The translations under genes were made by a program, and so were the position numbers. Of a stretch of DNA of 64,000 nucleotides, positions 49,799-63,574 are shown one piece after another. The notes beneath the pieces were generated by a model. That model was given only the letters and a program-made list of their open reading frames with translations. It did not search any database and had not been told where the DNA came from. Every line of letters begins with the position of its first letter. Position 1 is the stretch's first letter. Source of the stretch: Phoronis australis (Eukaryota; Animalia; Phoronida); assembly GCA_002633005.1 (NCBI GenBank), contig NMRA01000405.1:84702-148701 (forward strand), read 5' to 3'.

Positions 49799-50715
49799 AT
49801 CCAAACAGTGTGCAAAGTGTTGCATTGTGGGCATAAATGTGCAAATCTTGCTAGTAGCTCTTTTCAATGAAAGATTATTTTTGTTGACGTATTTCTTAGA
49901 AAAGTCCAGCTTTTCTTAACATTCCTTAAGAATCTCTACCCCTATTTGAATGTGTGGAAGAACCTGTATTTGGCAAATGTAGGCTTGTTTTTTGTTCCTT
50001 GTGTTTGTGGAAATATAGTGTTGAGTTAGTGTGTTGGGTTATTGTACAAAATGTTATGTTGTGTCTTCAGACCCGTCAACACTGTGAGCTCACTTGTATT
50101 TTGACTTCTTAATGTTTTCACTTACAACGGATATAAATCAGTCTTCCCTCAAAAATGTAGCCTTTGATTTAGATCAACGTTACAAACAGAAACTGTTCTC
50201 GACTTGTTCCTTACTCGGATTGGAGAGGATTTCTTGCTGTAATATTTCCACTGTTAGAACGAAGTAGAATTCAACTTGCGCAAATTCTTCAGGTATGCAT
50301 TATTGCTAAGATGATAATTTCATTCAGATTAATGCGCAAAATGATGAGAATATTCACAAATTTCTATGAGGGCAATGCAGGGGAGCTCAAGTGCACAAGT
50401 GCAATGTTTCGATTCAACAAGTTGATGAGTTATAACAGACTACGGTACTATCTCACCAATTCAGGACACGACGTCTAAAATTTTCATGAAAGGTAAATGT
50501 AGCAAATAGCATCAAGTCAATGTTTTATCATTTTTAGGTTCTGCACCACAGTTATTACCAGACAATGTTTTGCGAAATATTGGACATTCACACTATTGTT
50601 AGAAGCTTTTGAAAAAAGCTAAATTCCGCATTTATACTTGGTCCATCTTGGTGATATTGTACAGAAATAGTGAGAGAAATCTTGGTATAATCAATAAGTA
50701 ACCCAGGTGAATTAA

Positions 50716-51557
50716 GGTTATGTCCATCCGTATTTAGTGGCCTCTATTCTAACTCGTATATCAAAAAAACTAAGCTTTGTCAACTAGTAGAAGTGTATAT
50801 TTTCTAAAAGAAAAAAGATTAGGGAATATAAAAATACTTTTTGTATTAATGTACCATTATTATTTTTACATATAAACATTTTAAGTCAAAATTTAATTTT
50901 TAAGAAAGGTTCATTCATAGCAAAATAACCCCTCGGTCGATTTTAATGAAACTTTTTTAAATGAAAACTTCACCAGTTACCTGAAAAGCGCTGTTAGGAA
51001 TTTTCGATTAGTCTTTTCGTTTGGTTTCTATGACAAATCAACTCGCAAAACGTAAGGTATCTTTGTAAAAACGGAAGTCGTATTTGTCTTTGTTACATTA
51101 CTCTAAAAATAGGCTTTTATATCGAAAATCCTAACAACGTTTTTGAGACTGATGTCTAAATATCAAATTTGGAAAGTTTCAGCGAAATCACCGAGCCGTT
51201 TTCGAGAACTCGTGTTCCTAAGTTCAATTGAAGTCGATTTGCTGAAGCCGAGAAAAAGCCGATTAAACTAGGACAAGTGAAAGTGTCAAAGTCTTTGCTT
51301 AATTATTCGGTAAAAGCTTGTTTTCGATACACATAACCTATACAAGCCTTAAATATGTTCGCAATTTCAACATTCACTCGCAATGTCAACTGATTTTGCA
51401 GTGCGTAATTAACTTAATTATCATTAAAAACGTACCATTCCCAGCTAACTACTGTTGTTTGCGACCATTTGACCTACTTTTATATGTAAATAGGTTATAG
51501 TTCATTGTTATACATATGGCCTTTGCACGTCACCTGCTGGGAGACGGATACGAAACC
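50716..51557. mobile_element. AT-rich non-autonomous DNA element, possibly Kolobok-like
   Basis: Begins after TTAA with GGTTATGTCCATCCGT and ends ACGGATACGAAACC (partial inverted match). The internal AAAGTTTCA...AAATC...GCC.TTT..GAGA motif recurs at ~63063. The right TTAA is not preserved. Confidence 0.35.
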
Positions 51558-52800
51558 AAGTAAGAAATAGATAACAAAGATCCAATCGGTGGTTAAAGCT
51601 TGTCATTAGCATGAGACCGAAACACTGAAATGTCAATTTATGAATTGAATGAAGGAATTAGGGTGACAATTTATCTCTTCACAATTTGCTGTGTTCATGA
51701 CCACAGAGGCCTGAGGCGACAGTAGCATTAGTTCTCAATGCCATTGGTTGTATGCATGTAGACGCACAACTCCCTTAGGATCAAAACTTCATTTTGTCTT
51801 TGTTTTCCCCGGCACCATTCTACCATAAGTATACCTCGTTTACTCAATGTTGTGGCGATTTTGTGAATGATAGGACTGAGGGTATACGAGGCTGTTCTGT
51901 ACCTGGCGGGAGATTCGATTTGATTGAAAGCCCTTTAACCTTTGACCTCGGGTAAGTAGTAAACAAGTAACCACGCGGGTGTGCGGCTCCGAGTTGGTTC
52001 TGTTAAATCTTTTTTTTTCTCGCTACGCAGTATATATTTTGTATTTGAAGTTCCCCGAGAATGAAGATAAGGTATTTTACTAGACACATGTGAAATATTG
52101 TGAAAATGGCCATTTTTTGTGAATAATGCTGGAGATGACCTTTAATGAAATACAGGAGCTTAGGTTGGTATGAAAATTTGTAAGTACGGTATGTGTCCTG
52201 ATGGATAAATCAATTGGGCAGTTAGGATTATGAATAGGTAAACCTTGAACTGGTAGTTGTCAGGTCAGTCTTAATTTTGACAACTGGTGATTGATTGACT
52301 AGATAAAACCTATTATTACAGGTACTTGTCAGTAGCCTATGTGAGCCTAATTTCCATTTTCTGGTGCCTTGTTGGTGTTATCACAGATTGATTAATGGTC
52401 CAGTGCAGTTTGGGTCAACATTGACATAGTGTCAGTGGTGAGAGGGCTAGGGAAGTGAAGGGAGTTGTCTTGCATGTGTAAGTGTCTTAAAGTTCTAAAT
52501 TAAAATTCTGTTTCTTTGATGGGGCACGGTTTTATTACCACTTTTTATGCCACTGTACTTTTGACATTTTTGGCTTGAAAAATCTTGAATAAGCTTGTTG
52601 GGCCAATCGGTCACCTTTTCTACCTTGAATTCCAAGCTTGAAAAACCTGGTCGCTTGGTAACCATTGCTGTGGAAGCTTGAATTTGATTGCTGGTCACTC
52701 AGTAACACCATTCAAGCTTACTTTCTTGAGGGTATTCAGTCACCAAGCAAAACCACTTTGGTATCGAGGTTATGCAATTTTAGTGTGCTGCCTTGATATA

Positions 52801-54527
52801 CCGTAATCGTTCGGGTTAACGCCCTGGGCGGTTAAATTGGCGAACCCAAAAAATCGGGGGTGGGCGGTTAACCAGACATGGGCGCTTAAACGTGAAATTT
52901 CAAGAAATCGGGGGGGGCGGTTAACTGAGCATGGGCGCTTATTACGACAGGCAACCGCCCTGGGCGGTTAATCTTACCTTATGATCTGAGTCACCACACG
53001 TACTAAGCCACATACTGGGATCGCCTAACACTTTGAAAAGAACTTTATCGCCACCAAGTGCGTACTCTGCGCACTCTAATTAACAAATAGTTTCGAAAAT
53101 GTAGAGTGTGGTCAAACTCCGAACGCTTGCATAGAAAGTTTGCTACATAATATGGCGCCTCAGGTGAGACCGATTATTGCGAATTATGCTCATTATTTCA
53201 CTATACTTCGCAGACGTTGAACATGTTCACCTGCGTAGCAGACGGTAGCTGTGCTGTCGTTTTAACCCAGTTGTGGTCACGTGCTGACCCATTTTTCCTG
53301 TGATCAGTGCACTCCCATAATAAACAACTTAACTGACGGTCACGTAGACAAGGACTACCAGCAGTTCCGAATTTCAGTTCAAAATCATTTCGAGATAACA
53401 GAATGTACTCCTGGTCTGAATGGTCAAAAAGCATAAAAATGTATAATCAATCACGAAATCGGGTTCAACTATTCAGCTGCCATGCACTGTCGATTCGCCT
53501 GTTTATGTTGCCGGTATGTGGAGTTGACATGTACGGTACTCTGGCCTTTCAATGGCTAAATACAATAACAAACTTTTTGTTAACAAACTCTACATTCAAA
53601 AAATTGCCACCAAGTTACATTGCAAAACACAAACACGAGTTTCTGTCTACACTCGCGTTTTTACTGGTCGACTTAGCAAACAAGAAGTCGGCCGATTCCA
53701 GTGTCGACCTTGAACAACCGTCGTTGCGGTTTTCGTTTCGACTGCGAGACGCAGCTTTTGTTAGCAAATGAAACCATCTATTCTCGGTAAAAATAATTCT
53801 TAGACGAAGCCTTAATTGTTCGGGTAAGTAACCCCGGTTTACTATATGCGACGAAATTACCGTGACGAGAGTACTCGAAAGACGGGGATCTCGATAACCC
53901 GGCAATTACACTCACCAAAATATAAAGAATTTATCAACTTTTCGCGGTTTATGGGAATTCTTCAAAATCCCGAGAGCTTACAACCTAAAGCGCATTCAGA
54001 GGGTTGGCAAAAGCAATGTCACATTTCTCTGACCTGGTTATTTCGAATGCATCTTTTATATAGTGCACTGTAGTCGATAACTCAGTGCGGCAGAGATTGT
54101 GGCTGAAAGTGGAGGTGTAGACGCCAGCGCGGTTCCTAAAGTTTGCGAACATGAGAAGAAAAGAAAGTGACAAAGTGTTCAAGTATTACATTTTGAAGTT
54201 AATCGATGACCCGTTACAATAATTTGTTACTGGTATCATAATTCACATTGCTAAACCGCGGTCTCTGAGGCCGTCGTTGCACTCAATGTTATCATCGATC
54301 TTAATCTAAAAGGTCGGGGATTCGCGTTTCCTATTAGCACAGGGCGGTAATCACCAATCGTCAAAAGTAGGGGATGGGCGGTTAACCGAGCAGTGGGCGG
54401 TTAATTGGAAATCTTCAAAAATAGCAGGGGGGGCGGTTAACCGAGCAGTGGGCGGTTAAATCGAAATTCACCTAAAGTAGGGGGTGGGCGGTTAACTGAG
54501 CATGGGCGTTAACCCGAACGATTACGG
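52801..54527. mobile_element. Complete 1727-bp Tc2/pogo-like element with perfect 24-bp TIRs
   Basis: TA|CCGTAATCGTTCGGGTTAACGCCC ... GGGCGTTAACCCGAACGATTACGG|TA, with many sub-terminal GGGCGGTTAA repeats at both ends. CpG-rich (young). No transposase ORF. Confidence 0.95.
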
Positions 54528-56590
54528 TAAGTCCAGGTCCATATACAGACTTACCTTAGAACAACTTGTGCTAGTGAAACCTTTCCCTTGTAGCGTATCG
54601 TCCACACACGTCTGATGACTGGTGCAAGGTATAAGTTGTCGTTGTGTGCATGGCATTGAACAGCTGATGCGAATACGGAGCAAAAAAAGACCCACATGTG
54701 TCTAATTGCACAAGCATGCACTTGATAATTTTTTTGCCTTGCGCCAGGTTTGCGGTCATACAGCGCACGTTACCCTAGAACAAGTTACCCCACCAGGCAG
54801 CCCCCAAACCTAGTGACAGCTGGTTCCAGGAGTAACTTGTTCTAGGGAACGTCTGTGTGTGGTTGGCACTGGAGGTAGGAAAAAAACTTGAATGATATCC
54901 ACCAAGTTTGAATGATATTGTCCAAGCTTGAGTAAGGTTAGATCTATGAAGCTTTACAATGCTTGATGGATTTAGTGTCATGAGCAATTTGTCAATACCG
55001 TGGACATGATACAGTAAAGTCTCTGCAATTTAGGACACAATATAGTGGAAGCACGAATTTTAAAATTTTTTTATAAAAGATATGTACGGTAGAACCAAGT
55101 CAATTCTTTTCCATGTTCAAGTTTTCTAAAGTGCCATAGCTACCACCGGACAATATTTCGAAAAGTTGTCGGCATAACAACAGTGTTGTAGCTCTCGAAA
55201 AATGAAGAAAGAGCAATTTGGCGATTATTTTTGTCCGAAATTGGTGCGATTTTACCGTGTTGTGAATTTTGATTTTTTATAGAAAATTGTCATGTTGATG
55301 TATGGCGGGTCAAAGGAAATGCCCGTTGTTTTACCTGCATTTTGGTGATGACTATTGTAGCTTTTAAATTATGCTAATTTCAAAGTAAAATCTGCTGAAA
55401 AGTTAAAATCTTGTTGAGAAATTTGATGAAATGAAATTTGACTTGTCTACGTTATATTATAATCTTACCATTTTCTGCCAAAAATAATTGCCACATTTGA
55501 ACTTATTTCACTTTTGAAGGGTTTCTAAGATTTTACAACATTGCGTCGCAAACCGAAGGATATTTGTCATTGTTGTAGCAATTAAATCAGCCTTAAAAAA
55601 TGGAAATGACATTTTTTGTGTAATAACTGAAGAAGTATGGTGCACTAAATGACCTATTTTGGGTTTATGTCACAAAGCTCTAGCCACTGAGATTGTTCTA
55701 GTCAGTAACAACTGAAGTTGTGGTAGTTGAGGCAGTCCACATTGTTTGTGGATTTATATTACCTTCTTTTGATGTGTTCAGGCTGTGAACAATGCCAGCA
55801 CCCCTCATGGGAAGGGGCAAACAGTATTTATGTACACTAGTTGGTTTGTTTGAAGTATCCCTTGAAGGTGTCAGTATTCATGCACAACCTGTCTGCTAGA
55901 ACATGTGGGAAGGAGGTTACACACTACCGTAGTGTACACCTGTGAGGTACAGTGATGAATCTGGCAGTCTGCCTGAGCTAAATTCAGCTGTTTTGAGTTG
56001 TGTATAGAGGAGCCAAGAATGTGGATGTTTAGGGACCAGTGGTCCCCTTTTTCTCAGTTGCCGTGCTGATGTGAACTTATGTTTGTTATGGTATTTTTTG
56101 TAATGGTACATCTGTAATGCGAGTTATGTAAGTGAGCAGTAAATAGGATTGTATCATCTGTAGGCCTTTACCCAGCAGACGTCCAAATGGACAGACACCC
56201 TGACTAAATTAAGACACTCTTGCTAGGACACCCTCATCAGTATTTGGACGCCCAAGTGAAGTAAGCAAGTAAGCACTGGTGCCTCTAGACTTAAAATTAC
56301 GCAAGACTAAGACCCCAGAAAAATGTCCAAATTTGGCTAACTTCTTGACATCATATCTCAGAAATGGCTGATTGGAATCTTATGAGACTTTCACATGCTA
56401 TTTGCTTAATGTACTGTCTTCCAAAACACTGTTAGGAAATGTTTCTTACGTGTTCCACTTTTACATGCAGCGCTATCAAACAATAGCAGAACTCTCTTCT
56501 GATTTCGGTAGGGATGGAAATTATCCACTTCATCAGTCACAGCTACTGACTAGGTAACTGCGGATTATTCTGGGAAATGTATCGGGCATG

Positions 56591-56683
56591 ATTTATTTAT
56601 TTATTATTTATTTATTTATTAATGTAATATTTACAATGAGGGTAGCCCCATCAGTTCATTTTGCTTTCCATGGGGGTCCTCAG
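56591..56683 (-). mobile_element. Extremely 5'-truncated LINE 3' end with a (TAAA)n tail
   Basis: Same stem-loop as 21781-21847, preceded on the plus strand by (ATTT)n at 56591-56620. Confidence 0.7.
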
Positions 56684-56945
56684 ATATCCTTCATTCATGC
56701 ATACTTCAAGAGGTTTGCCTCTTCTGTAAGTCATAAGTTCATCCCACGGCACAGTGAAACTTTGTTGCTAGCATTATGAAAGCAGGAATGGTGTTAAATC
56801 GATATTAATACCAGTTGGTTGAAACTTCCCGACCTCTCTGTAGGTGGCGCTGAATGCTTGTCCACTAACGACCTGATTGGCATTTGGCAGGATAGCGAAT
56901 TTCAATATGGCGTGGCTATTTTAAAAATTGTTGTTTAGAAATGTA

Positions 56946-57382
56946 CCGTAAACGTCCGTAAACGTTCGGGTTAACGCCCATGCTCAGTTAACTGCCCACC
57001 CCCTACTTTAGGTGGATTTTCAAATTAACCGCCCACTGCTCGGTTAACCTCCCCTCTGCGATTTTTGAAGATTTCCAGTTAAGCGCCCACCTCTCGGTTA
57101 AGCACCCATCCCCGACTTTTTAAGGTAGAAGATTTAGCGCCCAGTGTTAGGAAACGTGCGATTCCCGACTTTTAGGTACAGATGATGACCGCAACGAGCG
57201 CAACTCGTTGCTGCGTCGAGTCAAAACAGGTCGTGGAGAACACTGGTAAGGTGGTAGTTTAAGAATGAAATAAAACATCGCTGTTTTGTGACGTTTTAGC
57301 ACATATTTATGCCGTGGTTCGACTGTAACCTTGATGGGTTTGCCAATTTAACTGCCCAGGGCGTTGACCCGAACGTTTACGG
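56946..57382. mobile_element. ~437-bp derivative of the 52801-54527 family, inverted
   Basis: TA|CCGTAAACGT-CCGTAAACGTTCGGGTTAACGCCC (the terminal 10 bp is duplicated) ... GGGCGTTGACCCGAACGTTTACGG|TA. The first ~170 bp are the reverse complement of 54360-54527. Confidence 0.9.
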
Positions 57383-60084
57383 TAACTTAATGCTTTTACA
57401 TGATAAATGTTCTAACTGTATCAGCAAAAATGCTAAAACTCTATGGTCAAATCTTGCAAGCCCATCTATGTGTGATCACCAATGCCTGGTTGCATGAAAC
57501 AGTTTCAAATAGGGACTCGACTAAGTTCCCTAAATCAACTGCGTATTTTTTGGACTTGTGAAAACATCAATTGCCCTTAATTGTGTTGTTTTAGTTCCAT
57601 TACTAAGTCAACTTTTGACTCGAGAGTAAACTCTACGTTGAATTGTCAATTATCGGAAATAATTAGAGACCTTTTCATGCAACACCCCCAATTTAAAGAC
57701 TGTGTCCCAATTTATTTTCAATGAACTCTGTGCTCAGTTTTTAGTTATATTATTAGAAAATGTAATTAATCAAAGAGGAGCTCATAATAAAGATGAAGTG
57801 ATATAAAAATATTGCATCTGTGAGTCCATAAATACACGAAAAGACTTAGGGACCTTAGTCGAGTCCCTATGTGGGACTATCTCATGCAACCGGCCACTGA
57901 GGTCCATCAAGTTTCTCAGCTTATGCAAGAATATGGCCGTACTTACCCATTTGTTCCCACACACTGTATTGAGTTTACCATCCAAACGCGTTCTTCATAA
58001 TCTGTATAGGTATGGACAATGATTGGGAATTCTTCACCTATTTAGCTCAAAATGTGACAGACGAGTGAGATTTCATTTACCTGTTGAATTTTGCAATAAA
58101 AGAAATGGTTAAGAAAATGTTGGTGTACTGTAAGCGTGGTTGTGTTGGTGTTGCACAACAAAACAACATACAGAAAAGTTTCTTTTTTGCCGAAAGGTAG
58201 TCATCCTTTGAAATTTAGAAAAATTATAATTTTGGCAATTATTTGTGTACACAATAAGTAAAGAATTCTTGTACAGCTATTGTTGATTGAAAATTCATAT
58301 GCTTAAGTGTTACGTAACAGGCCTGGCTTCCAATGTTGTCTCCTGTTGGATTACTGAAATCTTTTGCTTTTTTAAGTTCTTATGCTTTAAGTCAATGGCT
58401 ATTGAGGTTGTCCTAAATGAAGACGGATCATTGGGTGGCGTCCCTGTTATCACACTTTAATTGTCTCCGTGAAGGTAGTAGTATTTCTCAAGTAGTCTAT
58501 CCTCGAGTGTTTCACTGAGTCATCCCATTCAGTTTTAGGGTGCGTACTAGGCAAGCCCCTGTTGGTGTAGGCGGCAATTTTTGTGACTGTTCTATTAATA
58601 ACCCTAGCAGTGTTGTACCTGATATGCCTTGTAAACAAGTAGTTGGGAAACTTGTGTCAAGGTTGGCTAGCCAACCGAATGCTGAGTTTTTTGTGCACGG
58701 AATATTTCTAATCTGGCACCGAGCGTGGAAATTATTGTTTCATGGACAAATATGTGAAATTCGCCATTTTACCATTCTTTTAGGTTGCAAATGCTCACAA
58801 TTTTATTGATCTTGTGTGCAGCAAATGTGCAGTTTATTCCCAAGTTAATAATGAAGTTAACCTTTCCTAGTAATTTAATAATTTTGTTTTAAAATCTTAA
58901 TCTGAAGAATTTTTACCGAATAAACATTTGGCAAATTTTTAAGAGGTCTTTAACATTATTAGTCTGGTATAGTAGAACTCTGAGTGCGGGGGAGTGTGTT
59001 TGTTGATTACCAGTTGCCACAGTAACCTACTCCCAGTCTCTCTGTGGAGGCGAGACTGTTAACACACTTCCTCTAGTGGTCTTGCGACTTGGCACAGGTG
59101 AGTGAAGCAGTTATAAGGCCACTCCATACCAACTAACATTGCGTCTATACCAGGGGAGTTTTGATGTAAACTGCTTAGTTATTTAAACCTTTCAGGCTGG
59201 CTTTGGTAGTTACAGAGTGGACACCCAAGTTACCGCAGTTCGGTGCGTGAGTCATTGAAATAATCTCAAGGTGGCACTAATTTCACGCGCATTTGAGATA
59301 TCCTATATGCGATTGGGATAAAATAAAGTGGTTATAGTGGTAGAACGATCAATATTGTAAAAATATCTAATAATACCACAGCACGTGCCATTATTGACAG
59401 CGATAACGTCGATGACACAGAAGTTAAGGGGTCATACTGCATTGAAACGCCAACGCTCCGCTTTACAATCAATGCACCTGTCCACTGCAAAATTATCTTG
59501 CACTGGTAACTTCGATCCAGACCAAGTTGAAAATTTTCATGACCTGTTTGAATGTCTTCTGTCATCTTTATGTAAAGTAATGGTGTCCAAAAATACTTTC
59601 ACAAGGAAACATGTTTTTGCTTCAAATAAAAGTATGTGACTTGTGCATTGATTCGCATGCCAAGTGTTTGAAAATGCAATCCTGTGTTGACTCGAGACTG
59701 GACTTATTACCCAGTGTGAGTCATATTAGGAGGGTTCTTCATCTGTGTAGCACACATGGTGGACGATTAAGAACACTGTGTCAATTTTTTGTAAAAAGAT
59801 GAGAAAAACTATTCCCTTACCAAAATTTTTGTGCTTTACTGTTGATGCTACCCAACTCTAAGAGGAAATTTTATCACCTTTAGTAGGAGAGTCACCTTAG
59901 AAAATCGAGTCTAAGTTATTTTTGTGAAGTAGCTAAAGAACCTGGATAATGTGACTAAAATGATGACCTGTGATGATACCATATGCCCAAGTTCTGCCTG
60001 GCATTCTTTTAACCTCAGATTTTGATCTAGTTAGTAAAGGTTCTTGAATTCATCAGGACTTTCAGTCTGTCTGCTGTTCCACAG

Positions 60085-60104
60085 AGACATAACTCATGCT
60101 GCAG
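60085..60104 (+). other. Candidate 20-nt micro-exon of the plus-strand gene
   Basis: gtctgtctgctgttccacAG|AGACATAACTCATGCTGCAG|GTGAGT. Confidence 0.5.
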
Positions 60105-61411
60105 GTGAGTCCCATGGGAAATGGCAGTCTTCAGTTGCAAAGGTGGTCTTGTTGGAGGTTTGCAGGTGTGTGATCTCCAGGTAGCATGGAAGAAAACCAT
60201 GTGTTCTTCCTGTTGTCAGCTGGAATGTTGGCCCACATGGCTCCTATGAACTCAAAGATTAACAGAACATTTTGACTCTTACGAAATGGAAAAAATGAGC
60301 AAAGTCGGTGCTGATTTGTGTCAAGGTTTTTCTGCTTCAATAAAAATTGTTGCCAAAATTGTTATTTTTGCCCTTGGCAGTGGCTTTTTAGAAATTGCAT
60401 TTTCTGTTTTAATTTCACCACAAAGTTGAGGAATGTTTACCGCCGGCCATCATTTGGCTCTGTTGAAAGTTATTTTGGCAACATGATGTAGCAGGTCTAC
60501 ATTTTCTTTAAAATATAACATTGAAATGCCACCAAGTGTTGACAGTGGTCATCGAGATTTTACTGTTTTCATAATTAATCTTCAAAATGGTTGTCTTACA
60601 CAATCCCAATGAGGATTGAACAATTTTGTCAGCAAGCAAACCTGATAAAAATGATGGTTTTTGTCATTGAACTTGTTGTTCCCTGTGTAGGCTAAACAGT
60701 ATACCAATAAACGTGTTAACCAATGCAGAGGTTTTATGAGACACATTGTCTTAGTTTTTGTAATGGTACATATAGTTTATGTCAATTGCTCAAGTATTGC
60801 TCATGTAAATATTTGATGTTGCCTGTCTGGCTTTGATGTGTATTGTATGTAAATGTCATTCTCTGTGCAAAGGGGTCTACCTGCAGGTTTACCTAGGAAT
60901 GCAGTTATAGCAATCAACCTTCAATAGTTTCCCTTTTCTCAGCTGAGGGCAACAAGTGTAACAAAATTATTGACTCCATAATGTGATTTTTCTGCACCCA
61001 TGAGTAGGCAACTCCAATAAGACTGGCTGCATTGTAATGTAAGGTATCCTTGCATTGTTTTTCATAGACAGAGGCTCTGTGCCCTGGGACTGCTTTCAAT
61101 ACATTCATTGCCTCAGCCTGTAATATGAATCTTTTCTGTACTGTATTATTGAATATTGTCATACCAGTTGGTAAGTTAGTCGTTTTTTTAGATCAAGAGC
61201 TCCATGTATGTCACAAGAAGCTCTCTTGCAGTGAATCTCTTGGCTTAACACGAACACACGGTGACTTTAAGAGAAGTTATTATAGGTTTGTTGGTATGTT
61301 ATTATGGCCGCATTTTGACTGCCTCGAAGAACACGTGTTTTATTTTTTGCTTCAGGTTTTGTACGTCGTGAGGCTGGATTGGTTGATTTTCTGATTATTT
61401 ATTTATTTCAG

Positions 61412-61478
61412 GAGATGTAAGGAAGCCATGTGATTGATAGTGTGTGTACATCTACTGGGACAGCCATATACAGCATGG
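61412..61478 (+). other. Candidate exon ending in ATG-G; possible translation start of the plus-strand gene
   Basis: ttatttatttatttcAG|GAGATG...ATACAGCATGG|GTGAGT. The ATG at 61475-61477 is in good context (AGCATGG). An alternative acceptor lies at 61355. Confidence 0.55.
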
Positions 61479-63574
61479 GTGAGTTACCTAGCTTGTTTTC
61501 TTGCTCATCATCAATGTTTACGCTCATTAGTGTGTAGTGAAAGTTGACAGACATGCCTTGAAAGAGTGCCAAAAGGGTTTGTGTGCTTTGTTTTTTTTGT
61601 CAAGCCCCTATCTGATTTCTGGAAGTTAGATTCTACACATTCCCCAACAATATTGATGTGTCGACTCTTCGAGGAGTGCTGTGTTTGTGTGAAAGGTTAT
61701 CTTTGGTCTACAATAAAAATTAAAATTGCCAGTTTACTTTTTATTAAGCGGGAAATTTTTAACAGCGGGTCATCAATGATTCGATGCACTATGAAAGGTT
61801 TACTTCGGTGCCATCGGAGTTATTGGCTGGTGTCACTGTCTATAACAGTATGTGTTTGGGAAACCCTTTGATGTTGTTTTATTCAAATTGTGGTCATTCT
61901 GACCATCTAAAGATTTCATTAACCATCACTTCGATATTCCTGAGAATCAACAAGTGATAAATAGAGTGTCTGCTAAGTTAAACTACCAGAGCTGGTCTGA
62001 AACATTAAGCTAATTTCGCCATTCATTTTGGTCTCCACTTGCACTAAGGAGTCTAGTTGGTCTGGAAAGGACTTAGCATTAACCCCACTATTCACAGAGG
62101 CTTCCTTCAGCTCAGTAATTTTACGAGTATTTAATGATACCTTGATACCTATAATAATATTCTGCACAATCTTGTGCAATCACCAAAGGCAAACATAGTT
62201 TTACCTGAACTTACATCATTGGAATATAGAACTGGGGTAAGATTTCAGATGTAGGGCAGACAGTAACAAGGCAGATCAGAGGTCTGAGGAATGCGTCCTC
62301 TTGAACTTTTTCTTGACAGTTCTGGGACATGAGATCTGCCTTGGTATCATGCTGTGCCAGTAGTTGCATGTGAGAGGTTGGGTCAACAAGATACTCCATG
62401 TTTGCGTTCATAGTAGTGCTGGCAGTTTGGAGAATTGTTCACTTTTCCGTAGTTGTCAGTGGGACCTGGACTGACCCCTGAGATCAGTCTCTTTAAAGTT
62501 TGTTATAGAAAAGACATTTTGCTATTTTGAACACATCTGTTTCACTATTGTTCATCTTGTCTGAAGCACACAGGATAGATTTATGTTGACCTGTTGTCCG
62601 GTAGGTACAAAATACCATAATAACATAACACTTAGGTTTAATCAAGTGTATGACCTTGCCATTTAAAGAAATGCTCCCAATTTACCGCACTGTGGCAAAA
62701 CTGTAGATTTTAAGTCAATAAAAGTAGGTGTTTTCTGAAAATAGGAAGTGTAGACTTTGACTTTTTATCAATCTGTCATTAACTGGATCACACGACAGTG
62801 TCTTTTTAGTACAAATAGAAAGGTTCATTGCCATCAACAACATGATCAAATTTCATTTGATGTATATGCTCATGGTTAGAATTTTTAAATTCTTTTACAA
62901 TTTTCTAAATTATCACTTCATTTTTGTTTTATGCAGCAGTCGAGTTTATTTATGACAATCATGAAAGTCCTATTTTTGATAACCCCTTGCGCAAAAGTGG
63001 AACATTTTGAAAACGAATTGCTAACAACGCTTTGGGGAACAGTGTATAGGGGAAAGTATTTGAAAGTTTCATTTAAATCCGATCAGCCATTTCTGAGATA
63101 GGAGGTTAGAGGTTAGCCAGATATTGGAATTTTTCTATGGGCATACATAACATTAACTGAATGACTGACAAGTTTTGCCCTGTGGTTGTAAGTTTCAGGA
63201 GATAGAACCACATGTCTTTACTGTCAACTCTCTTGTTGCTTGAGGCGTGTGAAAGGAAATCGAAAATCAACAGTTCGGTGAATGAACAGTTTATTTGTGC
63301 TGAACAATAGTGTCTGCTTGGCATGGCTAGATACTGGATGGGATCAGTTAATATAAACTTTGTTGATGATCATACAGAAACTGTTTCCATACTTCTAAAA
63401 AATCAATGTTTTTGTCGTTATCCAAGCCATTCTGGTTTGCTTTTAAGTGTCAAATCTCCATTGCGAATTGTGTTAAACTCTACTCTCAGGCACCGCTTTC
63501 ATAAGCTAGGTCAGTCTTTGCTTTTAACTATGGTTGTGTCATTTCTCCATGGCAATAGTGTTTTTGTAAAGCGA

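Noticed and set aside
61973-62470. Two adjacent minus-strand ORFs separated by a GTAAGT donor, as a possible nested gene
   Set aside because: No convincing acceptor or start and no recognisable domain. Insufficient support.
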